This document shows, in pieces, positions 27,391-41,007 of a DNA stretch of 64,000 nucleotides. This DNA is from Octopus vulgaris (taxonomy: Eukaryota). The notes beneath the pieces were generated by a model that saw only the letters and a program-made list of their open reading frames with translations, ran no database searches and was not told where the DNA came from. The DNA lies in contig OX597836.1 of NCBI GenBank assembly GCA_951406725.2, positions 27,156,001 to 27,220,000 of the forward strand. The letters run 5' to 3'. Position 1 is the first letter of the stretch, and each line of letters starts with the position of its first letter. The position numbers and the translations under genes were made by a program.

Positions 27391-29020
27391 AATAATACCT
27401 GTAACATTACAACTTATAAAATCTCTTCAGTCTGAATTCCTTTAACTGCCTTCACTACTTGCCCCCTCGTTTTGAGTTACCTTCATCTTCTCCTTGCCTC
27501 TAATCTCCTGTCTCTTTAAATGTAGATTATATGTATTTCTTATTACTTTCTATAAATTCTTATTTCGTTTTCTTATTTTGATATCCTTACTTATTAACTT
27601 CTTATCTCTTATAGACTATTATTTTTCTTGTTCTTAAATTGATATTTTTTAGTTACTTAAGACTATGAGAGATATTTATACTATATCCATATAAGCATAT
27701 AAATATTTGTGTATGTATATATATGTATATATGCACATATATATGTGTGTATGTGTATCTGTATGCGTTTTTACACTTTTCTGATTCATGGCTTAAAATT
27801 AATAGATAGCATATATATCTTTCTAGTTATTCCATATGTAAATGCCTTAAGCAGTCTTTATAGAAACCACCTAATTAAGTAAATGAATGGATATTAAACT
27901 GCTTCTATGTAATCTTCCTTTTTAATGTTTATAATTGATATATACACACCTTTTACCTATTTTAGTTATGATATCATTTTTGAAATTCTTAAATTTTAAA
28001 TTTTATTATTGTGGCTGTGTGGTAAGTGAACCAACCACACGGTATCATTTTTGAAGTGTCTTCTGCTATAGCCCGGGCCGACCAATGCCTTGTGAGTGGA
28101 TTTGGTAGACGGAAACTGAAAGAAGCCTGTCGTATATATGTATATATATATATATGTGTGTGTTTGTGTGTCTGTGTTTGTCCCCCTAGCATTGCTTGAC
28201 AACCGATACTGGTGTGTTTACGTCCCCGTCACTTAAAAAAGAGACCGATAGAATAAGTACTAAAAGGCGGTTGACTGAAACAAGTAAAAGAGTAAAAAGT
28301 AAACAGCTTAACAATATTGTTTATAAACAATCACCCAAAGTGCCCCATATAAAATTTCCTCTGTATTAACATCTTAGGTTTCTTAGCATCATGCCCCTTT
28401 GACTAGTGATTAACATCATGATTTAGAGTCTTCCCCTACCCAGCCTCCTTTTATAGACAGTTACTCTATATCCAATCGAGTACTCCTAATGTCTTCTTTC
28501 CTCCCCAAGGAAAAGAGGTACATATGACAATATTTATGACCATACCTAACCATGAGCTGTCAGCTCACTGTTACCCTTCATTCGAAATAGACCACAGTCC
28601 TCTTGTCTTAGACTTGGTAGTTGAGACGAATGAATTAGAAATGAACAACATTCCTTTACAAGCTATGACCCCAGTGGGCTTCATGCCAATCTTGGAAGTG
28701 TAGTCTATTCTTAGCTAAAATAGCAAGAACATGAATTTCTTCCATCTTCTGCTTTGTTAAAATATTAAAAAAAAATTATATTAATGTGTCCTACTTGTTA
28801 AAAATCCCTTTACTTATTTGTGCAGCTGAAGATAGCACTATATTTTAATCGACATAATGATTGCATTGTACAGTTAAATGGAGCCGCTTGAAACGGTTGT
28901 ACTGCACTACTACTTGATATTCTGTTGCTTATTTTGGTTACATACATACATTCCATGGGCTCCTCGTGAGCGTGTGTCGAAAAGCTTGCTGTGCATTTTG
29001 TTGGAGAATTAAGTTCCTGG

Positions 29021-29106
29021 ATTTTCCTGAAGAGAAGGCTGCAAAATGGACTCCTTATTCAATCCGAATTAGGGACTTTGCAGCCTTTGAAACATATGTA
29101 GAAAAT
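29021..29106 (+). ncRNA. Type-I hammerhead ribozyme with intact core, sense to ABAT intron 1
   Basis: AUUUUC CUGAAGA GAAGGCUGCAAA..UUUGCAGCCUUU GAAA CAUAUG UA GAAAAU: 6-bp stem I, 12-bp stem II, palindromic stem III, GUA site. Confidence 0.7.
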
Positions 29107-29842
29107 AATAAAAAGGAATTTTGTTAAATCTTCGTTCAGCTCCATTTCTTCCTACACTAAATATATAAAACTTCAAATTTCCGCACTAAGGCACGGATTT
29201 TAGGCCCCATGGCCGTAACCTCAACCGTGCTTTTTCTGTTGTGATTTTTCCTACCCAGGTGTCGGTTATCATTTGAATAATCCGTAATAAGATAATTCAT
29301 TTATCTACTTCAATATATATATATATATATATGTATGTATGACAGGCTTCTTTCAGTTTCTGTCTACCTAATCCACTCTCAAGTCTTTGATCGGCTTGAG
29401 GTTATAGTACAAGACACTTGCCCAAGGTGCCATGCAGTGAGACTGGTTGGGAAGCAAGCTTCTTACCACACAGCCACTTGTGTAGAGGATATGGTTTTTC
29501 AAAGAAGCTTGAGTTGAGGTTTCATCTTAAGACTTCACTTTCAGGCCACTGTCGTGATCTTCAGATTACGTGGGTGGCTTGATGTTTTTTGTTTACTGTT
29601 TAGGTTTTTATCCATTGTTTGGGTTATTTTTGTGGTGTTTTTTTATGCTTTGTAATTCTGAGAAATGTGGTTGTGGTGCTGGTAGCGGTGGGAAAACTTG
29701 TTGGTTTTGTTGGTTTTGTTGGTTGTAGTTTGTTTTATTTTGGTGTGTGTGTGTGTAAATGTGTCAGTGTGTGTGTATATGAGTGAGTGTGTGTGTAAAT
29801 GCATCAGTGTTTGTGTGTGAGTGAGTGTGTGTAAATGTGTGT

Positions 29843-29874
<32 letters not shown>

Positions 29875-30058
29875 ATGAGTGTGTGTGTGTCCTTTACTTA
29901 TTTCAGTCATTAGATTGTGGCCATACTGGAGCACTACCTTGAAAGATGGAGTCAAACAAATTGATCCCAGGACTATTTTTTCTTTAAATCCAAATTTCTA
30001 ATTTATGGGGATATAAACAAACAAACAAACACAAAGGCACATATACATATATATATGG

Positions 30059-30093
<35 letters not shown>

Positions 30094-30244
30094 TTCTTTT
30101 ATTTGTTTCAGTCATTTGACTGTAGCCATGCTGGAGCACTGCCATTAGTTGAACAAATTGACCCTAGGACTTATTCTTTGTAGGCCTAGTACTTTGCGAA
30201 ACTGCTAAGTTATGGGGACATAAACTCGCCAACATTGTTTGTCT

Positions 30245-31354
30245 TGAAATTCTCATTTGAATTCATTGCATCCACAAGGTGTTGGAGAGAGTTCTGAGTG
30301 TAAAATGCCTTTAAGGCAAAGATCACACCTTGATCCACAGGCTGGATGAGAGAGATGGTGTTGGCTTGTGGAACTCAACCTGGACTCCCTCATGATTCAA
30401 AGAGTGATCACCAGCATTATCCATAACAAGCAACACCTTGAATTCCATGTAACCATTTTGGAAGTCTTCCTTGGCTTGAGGGATGAAGCATTGGTGGAAC
30501 CAATTCAAAGTTAGACTTTTGGTAATCCAGGTTGTGCAACCAGTAGACAGGCAGTAGGTTTTTATTCTTATTTTTGAAGGTCCTTGGGTTCGCAGACTTG
30601 TAGATAGGTCCTGGTTTCCTCATGAAGCCAGCAGCATTGCCACACATAATTAGCATCACTCTGTCCTTCTGTGCCTTAAATCCTGGGACTCTTGCTTCAT
30701 CCTTCATGATGTATGTTCTGGAAGGCAAAATCTTCCAGAACAAACCAGTGTCATCCATATTGAAAACCTGTACCGGCTTGTACCCCTTGTCCTCAATGAT
30801 CTGCTTGAAGGCCTCGAGGTACTTCTCGGCAGCTTCTTTGTTGGCTGATGCTGTCTCTCCATGCAAGGAAAAACACTTTATTTTGGTTTGACTGTTTCTG
30901 GAAACAGTCAAACCATCCCTTGCTGGTTTGAAAATCTTCGGGCTCTGGTGCTGTCAATGGTCTTGGTTGCAGTTCTTCGGTGCCTTCTGTTCTGTCTCCT
31001 CTGTCAATCTGCTGGTATAATTTCCATACTTTCTTGTGAATGATGTTGCCACTCAAAGGGATGTTTTTCTTCTTGCAGTCACTGATCCACAATGCCAAGG
31101 CAGATTCCATTCTGATGAAGTGCTTATTTTTCACTATCCTTATCTTTTTGGCATGTTCACAGAAACTTACTGCTACGGTAGTCCCGATTGCCACCTTGTT
31201 CTTCTTTATGTAACATATGGTGCTTTCATTGATAACTTTTACATTCCTGGAACATATCCATCAGTTGTGCCTTCTCATGGAGTGTCATAACCTTTTTCTG
31301 GCACTTAGGTTCACTGCTAGAAGCCTTAGAAAGTGTAGGGCATTAGGGTGGCAT
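30245..31354 (-). pseudogene. Decayed Tigger/pogo (TIGD1-like, CENP-B HTH + DDE_1) transposase
   Basis: KKVMTLHEK, MESALALWI, SKGWFDCF, LHGETASAN, VFNMDDTGLFWK, KDRVMLIMCGNAAG, LLVMDNA, LIQPVDQGVI, with stops and frameshifts. Confidence 0.88.
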
Positions 31355-31574
31355 TTTATTGGCTTTAATAACACGCCGCAAAAAACACAGCACTCAACAA
31401 AATACTGGAGATAGCTACTGGACGAAGTTTCTCCCCTCACCCAAAAAAACCTACAAAAAATCTTCATGCGCATACAACAAAAGGGAGATTGAGCGAAGAT
31501 TAAAAATAATCATGGTTTTGAAAAATTTTTGTATTACAACTAGATACAATAATCTATACTATAATAATAAGAAA

Positions 31575-31635
<61 letters not shown>

Positions 31636-31878
31636 GGAGGGACCAGCAAGTAACCTAATTTCAATGAAGCTATATTGGTTCAACGACCTTAAAATTTATC
31701 CTGTTGAAATAAACAATGTGTATGATCACATGTAGCGATGAGTTTAAAAAAAGTGGTGGGTATAAAATTAACATTCAGTCTCGTGTTGTAAGCCAGTAAA
31801 TATGGTGTATTATTCTTATTAGTAATTTAGACTTCAAAAGTGTGAAAAAATATATATTGCCAGGAAAAAAAGGCCATA

Positions 31879-32290
31879 GGCGCAGGAGTGGCTGTATGGT
31901 AAGTAGCTTGCTAACCAACCACATGGTTCCGGGTTCAGTCCCACTGCGTGGCATCTTGGGCAAGTGTCTTCTGCTATAGCCCCGGGCCGACCAATGCCTT
32001 GTGAGTGGATTTGGTAGATGGAAACTGAAAGAAGCCTGTCGTATATATGTATATATATATGTATGTGTATGTGTGTTTGTGTGTCTGTGTTTGTCCCCCT
32101 AGCATTACTTGACAACCGATGCTGGTGTGTTTACGTCCCCGTTACTTAGCGTTTCGGCAAAAGAGACCGATAGAATAAGTACTGGGCTTACAAAGAATAA
32201 GTCCTGGGGTCGATTTGCTCGACTAAAGGCGGTGCTCCAGCATGGCCACAGTCAAATGACTGAAACAAGTAAAAGAGTATAAAAGAGTAT
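31879..32290 (+). mobile_element. SINE family A, full length
   Basis: Matches the family A consensus. Confidence 0.85.
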
Positions 32291-32925
32291 AAAAACATCG
32301 AGAACGATATTTGTGATTCCAAGAATATTCCAAGAAGAGAAATTATTAGATCCGTGAATAACTGGTACTGTGAATGCTGAACCGTGAATAAGCAGGGCAC
32401 CTTGGGAAAGTGTCATCTACCATAGCCTCATGCCAACCAAAGCCTTGTGAGTGGATTTGGTAAATGAAAACTGAAAGAAGCCCATCATATATATGTGTGT
32501 ATGTGTGTGTGTGTGTGTGTATGTATGTGTGTGTGTGTGTGTCTGTGTGTATATGTTTGTGTATCAGTGTCTGTCCCCCACCCCATTGCTTGACAACAGA
32601 TGTTGGTGTATTTATGTCCCTGTAACTTAGCGGCTCAGCAAAAGAGTCCGATAGAATAAGTACTAGGCTGACAAAGAATATATATACATACATACACACA
32701 GACACACACACACACACATATGTGTGTGTATATATATATATAAATATATATAGATAAAAATATTCTATATTTATAAACATAATTATAATTAGCTGACCCC
32801 TAATTATAATTATGTTTATAATTATAGAATATTTGTATAATTTTACCTAAAAAGGTTATTTTAACATACCGTTCTACTTGGTAAAATTATAAATTATTAA
32901 TTAATTAATTAATTTTACCCTTTTA

Positions 32926-32963
<38 letters not shown>

Positions 32964-33021
32964 ATTATTATTATTATTATCATCATCATTATTACTATTA
33001 TTATTATTATATATATATATG

Positions 33022-33070
<49 letters not shown>

Positions 33071-33617
33071 ATGTGTGTATATGTTTGTGTGACTGTATTT
33101 GTCTCTGCCAACATCGTTTAACAACCGATGTTGGTGTGTTTATGTCCTTGTAACTTAGCTGTTTGGCAAAAGAGACTGGTAGAATAAGTACTAGGCTTAC
33201 AAAGTATAAGTCCCGGGGGTCGATCTGCTCGACTAAAAGGTGGTGCTCCAGCATGGCTGCTGTCAAAATGACTGAAACAAGTAAAAGAATAAAAGAATAA
33301 AAATAATTAACAATGACTGACCTTGACCACAAATCTAGAAACAACACATCCATTGACCATAGGCACTGACCCATGCATACATCCTACATGTATAGGCATC
33401 TCTTTAAATTTGAGTGGGATGGGCCTGGATGGGCCTCTCAACCTGAAGAAAATTCTGACTGGGCCCCACCTGTAAGGTGATGCTTCGTTGTTTATCGTGA
33501 TATGAAATCACTGTGTCATGTACAGATGGTTGTGATTCGTGTGTCTAGTACATCGTTTATCAGAGTAGGGGGTCATGAGGGCTTTATATATTTGTACTCG
33601 GGACTCACTTTGATGGT

Positions 33618-33652
<35 letters not shown>

Positions 33653-33811
33653 ATAGTAATAATAATTATGGGTGGAGCACTGCTTGGAACTGCTTGAATA
33701 CTCCGGAAGGTGCTTGAAAAATAAGAGGTGTTACCTTAGTTCACTGGTAGTGAACAACTGACGCTGTAGTACATCTCCAGCATTAGAAGCTGTGCAAAGG
33801 TAATGATATTA

Positions 33812-33889
<78 letters not shown>

Positions 33890-33904
33890 GTGCTGGTGAT
33901 GATG

Positions 33905-33936
<32 letters not shown>

Positions 33937-34051
33937 GATGATGATGATGATGGTGAGGGTGGTGGTGATGGTGATGATGATGGTGATTATTTCTTTTTGT
34001 GATAGCAATAATGGTCATATTCCTTCTATCAGCTGCCATTTGTATTTGCAG

Positions 34052-34164
34052 GGATTCAGAGAGTTTTTATGTCCAGCAGGTCAGAACCCAGTTCTCCAAG
34101 AGTCAGAACCAAAATACCTGGCCCTCGATCATTAGCTTTGAAAGCTGAGCTCACTAAATTACAG
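34052..34164 (+). CDS. ABAT: ABAT exon (IQRVFMSSRSEPSSPRVRTKIPGPRSLALKAELTKLQ)
   Basis: ag/gt sites, phase 1 to 0; matches ABAT [23 protein letters not shown]. Confidence 0.88.
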
Positions 34165-35485
34165 GTAAGTAAAGCTCAGCAAAGGTGAAATAATTCATTC
34201 CTTTCAGTTGACCCCACCCCAAACATTTGACCCCTTCCCCTTCAAATTCCACCCTGCATGCCATCTGCCACTAGCAAACACTATCTTCTATTGTTTACCT
34301 TCTACATGTCTTAATCACTGGATTATGGCCATGCTGGAGCACCACCTCCAAGGGTTTCAGTTAAACAAATCAACCCTGGGACTAATTTTTATAAGCATGG
34401 TATTTATTCTACCAGATAGCATGAGCTAAAGCTGTAGCATGGCTGTGTGGTAAGAAGCTTGCTTCCCAACCACTCGGTTCCAGGTTCAATCCCCATTGTG
34501 TGGCATGGCATAGTGGACAAAAGCTTCCCGCTATAGCCTCGGGCAACCAAAGCTTTGTGAGTGGATTTTGTAGACGGAAACTGAAAGAAGCTCATTGTAT
34601 ATATATGTATTTATATGTTGTATTCCCTCGGTGTCAGTACACTGCATATTTATTAAGGTAGTTTTGACTTTAAGAGTCCCTTATAGTATGAGGCATTTAC
34701 ATGTTGTAATGCCCCTAATATAATAAATATAGATCTGTATAGGCAAGCAAGAATAGTGTAGGAGAGTGTTTAGCCCTGCCTAACTGAGATTCAAAACTAA
34801 ATCTACAGACTTGTTGCTTGTCAGATGACTGCCTGATTCCATTGTGTTTTATCTCCGTGCTGAGAGATTAATGAGAAACATCTGACCTCCTAGGACTTTT
34901 GCTAGTCACTGAAGGGCCAGTCCATTATTTTAGGTTTGGTCTACTTCCTGGCCATACCCTACATAACGGAGATCATCCCTTTCTTGATCTCAACTGGCTA
35001 ACAGAGAGCACACATCTCTATTCATGTCAGCTGTTAACCAGTACGTAACTGGTACTTAATTTGTCGACCTCGAAAAGATGAAAGGCAAAGTTGACCCCAG
35101 CAGAATTTGAATTCAGAACATAAAGACAGACGAAATATTGCTAAGACATTTTGCCCAGTATTCTAATGGTTCTGCCCGCTCACGACAATGACGATGACAA
35201 TCCTTTTTAGTGTAAGCACAAGGCCTGAAATTTGGGGGAAGGGGACTAGTTGAATACATTGACCCCAGTGTGTCACTGGTACTTAATTTATCGACCCTGA
35301 AAGGATGAAAGGCAAAGTCAACCTTGGTGGAATTTGAACTCAGAACATAGCGACAGGTGAAATACTGCTAGGCATTTTGTTCAGCGCACTAATGATTCTG
35401 CTAGCTCATAACCTTTAATAATCATAATAACAACAACAACAACAATGACAACAATAATAATGATAATAATAATAATAACAACAAT

Positions 35486-35516
<31 letters not shown>

Positions 35517-35534
35517 ATAATAACCTTATTATTA

Positions 35535-36328
35535 ATAAACTTATTAACCCAAAACTACCAAGCCAATGTGATAAAAAATGGAGCTGACCCGAAATGCTGA
35601 TTCTGTAACGATGAGATTGAAACAATAGACCACCTAATCTCAGGATGTAGAGTCTCAGCACCTGTGGAATATAAAGCAAGACATGACAGAGTCGGCCAGT
35701 ATTTACACTGGACAATATGTTGGCATTATAAAATCAAAACCACTGACAAATGGCATAAACACCATCCTGAAGCTGTGACTGAGGGAGAAAATGTGTCGAT
35801 TCTATGGGACTTTCCTGTACATACCAACAAAACTATAAAAGCTAATGAACCGGATATTATTATAAAAGATCAGACAAAAAGGATGTGTTTATTAATTGAC
35901 GTGAGTATTCCTTGCGATCACAATATAGCGGTGAAAGAATTTGACAAGATCAGTAAATATAAAGACTTGCTAATAGAAATTGAAAAAATGTGGCATCTCA
36001 AGGTGACTACAGTACCAGTGATTGTAGGATCTCTAGGAATGATAAAAAAAAGGTACTGAAACCTATTTGAAAATGATACCAGGCTTACCATCCCTACAGG
36101 AAGTGCAAAAAATCGTGTTAACTGGAACAGCTCATGTACTGAGAAGAGCATTATCGCTGTGAAAACAACATCCATTCATGAATTTATTTATTCATTAATT
36201 TTTTAAATACATATTTTACCTGTGAATTTGCGTGTGTAATCTGGGAATGCATACAATGAGCTTCTCTGCACTAGGTGTATGGAAAACACTCGGCGAGAAA
36301 CGGAAGAAAATTTGATGAAAGAAGGGAA

Positions 36329-36330
<2 letters not shown>
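35535..36330 (+). mobile_element. 5'-truncated R4/Dong-clade non-LTR retrotransposon (CCHC + restriction-like endonuclease)
   Basis: KC*FCNDEIETIDHLISGC..YKARHD..ILWDF..NEPDIII..IDVSIP..KISKYKDL..PVIVGSLG, a frameshift in a poly-A run, then EVQKIVLTGTAHVLRRAL*. Ends in (TAA)n. Confidence 0.85.
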
Positions 36331-36391
<61 letters not shown>

Positions 36392-36586
36392 CTCAAGGTT
36401 TAATACAAACTTTTTTTTTTTAAAATTTATTTATTAGACATTCACTAGTACAACCCCCCCCCCAATATATGGCACACTAGGCATAACAACAACGTGAACT
36501 TCCAACCTGTTGTCTCTTGAGGTCTCTGGGTGAGACTTGGAGCTAACTTGTACAAACATGAAGCAAAAGTCAAACATATAATAATA

Positions 36587-36635
<49 letters not shown>

Positions 36636-37110
36636 GAAGAAGAAGAAGAAGAAGAATGATGTTATTGTATAAAATACACAGGGTTACAAATAAATAAGAA
36701 TCAGCTGGCGCTATATTAACTTGGAGTTATTAGATTTAGGTTTTCAATCGTAGGATTTTTTCAGGAATATTTAACATCTGAAAGACAGCAACAACAATGT
36801 CCAATAATATCAGACAAGGAAAAGATTCTCTGATAATGTAATCAATATAGATTAAGACAGCAGGCTTAGCAGCATTTGCTCCAAGACATTACGTCCTGAC
36901 TTGAAATGCCGCCGTGGTTGACTTTGCCTTTCATTCTTGCAGGGTCAATAAAGTAAAAGCAAGCGAAGCACCGGGGTCGATGTGACCGAATGTCTTCTTC
37001 CCTTAAACTTTCAGGCTTTGTGAATAGAAGAAAAGAATATAATCAATATGGAAAGCAGGGTGTAGGGTGGCCTTGTCTTTAAAGCCTACTGAAGAAAGCA
37101 TCGGACATAT

Positions 37111-37520
37111 ACTCTTTACTCTTTTACTTGTTTCAGTCATTTGGCTGTGGCCATGCTGGAGCACCACCTTTTTTAGTCGAGCAAATCGACCCCAGGACTT
37201 ATTCTTTGTAAGCCTAGTACTTATTCGATTGGTCTCTTTTGCCAAACCTCTAAGTTACGGGGACGTAAAGACACCAGCATCGGTTGTCAAGCGATGTTGG
37301 GGGGACAAACACAGACACACAAATATATACACATACACATACATATACATATATATACATATATACGACGAGCTTCTTTCAGTTTCCGTCTACCAAATCC
37401 ACTCAGAAGGCTTTGGTCGGCCTGAGGCTATAGTAGAAGACACTTGCCCAAGGTGCCACACAGTGGGACTGAACCTGGAACCATGTGGTTCATAAGCAAG
37501 CTACTTACCACTCCTATGCC
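37111..37520 (-). mobile_element. SINE family A, full length
   Basis: Reverse complement of the consensus. Confidence 0.85.
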
Positions 37521-37705
37521 TATTTTGAATACTCTTGAAGAAATCTTAGCATTCAAATGTCTGCTGTTATTCTACTGTGTTATAATTCTTTCTGATATTG
37601 ACATAATGCTTGAAGATTGTGGGTATGTGTGTGTGTAGGGGGGTGGTGCTAGTCAGTTACATCAACCCCAGTATTTGACTGGTATCTATTTTATCAATCC
37701 CTTAA

Positions 37706-38065
37706 AGAGTGGTTCTCAATTTATCAGGGTCCATATGGTCCCTGATGGGCCATATAAGATTTTTGGGGGTCCATGCAACAAGGGAGTAAATTGGGGATCC
37801 ACAATAGTATTTTAAGGGCCCCTGAACAAATTTTACTTTAGATGTATTGATATGTATTGCCAAAAAAAAAAAAAACAGCGCTGTTTCTTTCTCTGACATT
37901 TTACATTGTTCAACCTACACAGGTTAATGTGTGGAAAACAAAATAGGAATTTTGAAAGAAGTTTCTATAAAACTGGCTTTTAAACATTGAATGGCTTTGG
38001 GGGTTCACCAGAATAAAATAGCAATCAAAGGGATCCATAGACAAAAGAATGGTTGAGAACCCCTG
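37706..38065. mobile_element. hAT-like MITE; 3' half duplicated at ~38520-38720
   Basis: Ends agtggttctcaa ... gttgagaacccctg (Charlie/MER5-like TIRs). Confidence 0.55.
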
Positions 38066-38077
38066 CTTTAGATATAT

Positions 38078-38490
38078 ACTCTTTTACTCTTTTACTTGTT
38101 TCAGTCATTTGACTGTGGCCATGCTGGAGCACCGCCTTTAGTCGAGCAACTCGACCCCGGGACTTATTCTTTTGTAAGCCCAGTACTTATTCTATCGGTC
38201 TCTTTTGCCGAACTGCTAAGTAACGGGGACATAAACACACCAGCATCGGTTGTCAAGCAATGCTAGGGGGACAAACACAGACACACAAACATATACACGC
38301 ACATACATATATATATATACATATATACGACAGGCTTCTTTCAGTTTCCGTCTACCAAATCCACTCACAAGGCATTGGTCGGCCCGGGGCTATAGCAGAA
38401 GACACTTGCCCAAGATGCCACGCAGTGGGACTGAACCCGGAACCATGTGGTTGGTTAGCAAGCTACTTACCACACAGCCACTCCTGTGCC
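38078..38490 (-). mobile_element. SINE family A, full length
   Basis: Reverse complement of the consensus. Confidence 0.85.
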
Positions 38491-38721
38491 TATGTATTGT
38501 TATGTATTGTTATGTTTTGCAAGAAACAGCGCTGTTTCTTTCTCTCACACTTTACATGGTTCAACCTACAAAAGTTAATGTGTGAAAAACAAAATAGGAA
38601 TTCTGAAAGAAGTTTCTATAAAACTAGTTTGTAAACATAGAATGGCTATGGGGGAATCCACCAGAATAAAATAGTAATCAGAGGGGTCCATAGATAAAAA
38701 AAATGGTTGAGAACTCCTGCT

Positions 38722-39652
38722 TTAACCCTTTTGTTGCTGTATTTATTTTGAGATGTTCTGTGTTTCTTTCAGTTACTTTAAATATAACAAAGAATTTAGT
38801 AAAATAACTTAGTTATCATTAAGCTAGTGTTAGGAACATTAATTGTGACTAAGGTTTGGTGGAAGATTTTAATTCAGAACTTTTGAAAACAAGACATTTG
38901 TACTCAGAGCCAGAACTGGTTTCAGGTGGGTTGATATTGAAAGGATTAATATGGCACCAGCACAAGTGCTTTTAATGTGGTACCAGCACAAGTACTTTTT
39001 GTAGTAGGAGAAGTGGTACCGTGCTATAGTTTGAGACTGAGAGTCCAATGTACATTACAGTAGCACTAAATCACTCCCATTGCTGATGTACAAAAACTGA
39101 GATTGTGAAATACTATTAAGATATTTCACTCTGTTATCAGCGTCTTCAGAGATGAAATATATTTAAGCCTTTTGTTAGTATATTTTTGTTGAGATCCTCT
39201 GTGTTTCTTTTAATTACTTTTAAATATAACAATGAATCTAGTAAAATAACTTAGTTATCCTTAAGCTGGTGTAAGGAACATTAATTGTGACCAAGGTTTG
39301 GTGGAAGATTTTAATTCAGAACTTTTGAAAACAAGACGTTTATACTAAAGAGCCAGAGGCAGTTTCAGGCAGGTTGGTAAGAAAAGGGTTAATGTGACAC
39401 CATCACTACTGCTTTTTACATGGCACCAGCACAAGTGCTTTTATGCCTTTTGTTACCATATTTCTGTAGAGATGCTATGTGCTACTTTCAATTAATTTTA
39501 AATATAACAAAGAATTTAGTAAAATAACTTAGTTTGTAACATAAATTGTAACTAAGGTTTGGTGAAAGATTTTAATTCAAAAGTTATGAAATAAAGACAT
39601 TTGTACTCAGAGCCAGAGGTGGTTTCAGCCAGGTTGGTAACAAAAGGGTTAA
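38722..39652. mobile_element. Three tandem ~220-bp piggyBac-like MITEs
   Basis: Units 38722-38949, 39163-39392 and 39441-39652 have ttaa|cccttttgtt ... aacaaaaggg|ttaa-type ends. Confidence 0.65.
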
Positions 39653-39848
39653 AGATAATGGGCAAATTCTGTCTTGATACGATTTGATCTCAGAATGGAG
39701 AATACTAGAAGAAATATTGCCAACCATCTTATCCGACATACCAACTATTCTGCCAGCTTTTTTCTGTTGTGTCACAATAACATCAGTCTGTCGAGTGTGA
39801 AGCATAAACTAATCAGAGGGTTGTCTTTCGTTAATTTCTTAATTACAG

Positions 39849-39966
39849 AACACTGGCAGTGTGGTGTTCTTTACAGACTTTGATAGAAGCCAGGGCAACT
39901 ACATCACCGATGCCGATGGCAACTGTTTGCTTGACCTCTACACACAGATTGCTTCCATTCCATTGG
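39849..39966 (+). CDS. ABAT: ABAT exon ([39 protein letters not shown])
   Basis: 118 nt, ag/gt; matches [27 protein letters not shown]. Confidence 0.95.
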
Positions 39967-40872
39967 GTAAGAAACACTCTATTTTCTGTTGCTATGGTTG
40001 TTTTTCTCCTTTTTATTTATTTATTTTTTTTTGTTTATTACTTGTTTCAGTGATTAGAGTGTGGCCATGCTGGGGCACCACCTTAAAGAAATTTTAGCTG
40101 TACGAATCAACCCCAAGACTTACATTTTTGTTAAGCTTGGTACTTATTTTATCGACAACTTATGCTGAACCACTAAGTTACAGGGATGCAAACACACCAA
40201 CACCGGTTATCAAGCAGTGGTGGAGGGGACAAAGACCACACATATTACAACAAGCTTCCTACAGTTTCCATCTGCCAAATCCACTCACAAAGCTTTGGTC
40301 GGTCTAAAGCTATAGTAATCACTTGCCCAAGGTGCTACTTAGTGGGACTGAACCATGAACCATGTGGTTGGGAAGCAAGATTCTTACCACATGGCCATGC
40401 TGAACTTTTTTAAATATGTGGGCACCATTCAATCATGATTGTTGCCAGTGCTGCGTAACTGGCTCCCATGCTGGTGGAATGTAAAAAAAGCACCATTCAA
40501 GCGTGGTCATTGCCAGTGGAGCCGAACTGCACTATTCAAGCATAGCTGAAACCAGTACTGCCTGACTGGCCCTCGTGCTGGTGGCATGTAAAAAGCACCT
40601 ACTACACTCTTGGAGAGGTTGGCGTTAGGAAGGACATCCAGCTGTAGAAACCTTGCCAGATCATGTTGGAGCCTGGTGCAGCCTACTATCACGTAATGTC
40701 AAAACAAGGAGACACACATACACACATGCACACACAACCATGCACGCACACACACACACAAACACAAACACACAAACACACACACAGACACACACACACA
40801 CACATGCACACACAAACACACACACTGCCCCATTCTGTAATACAAAGCTAATATTTGATCTTGATTCTTTAG

Positions 40873-40922
40873 GTTACAATCATCCGAAAATGGTCGAGGT
40901 TTTGAAGAATGACAAAAACTGG
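40873..40922 (+). CDS. ABAT: ABAT exon (GYNHPKMVEVLKNDKNW)
   Basis: 50 nt, ag/gt; GYxHP motif. Confidence 0.93.
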
Positions 40923-40953
40923 GTAAGTACTTGTTGAACCCTGCTACATGGCT

Positions 40954-41007
<54 letters not shown>

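Noticed and set aside
28510-28703. Acceptor-like site plus short ORF in ABAT intron 1
   Set aside because: No convincing donor or homology; the ABAT model is complete without it.
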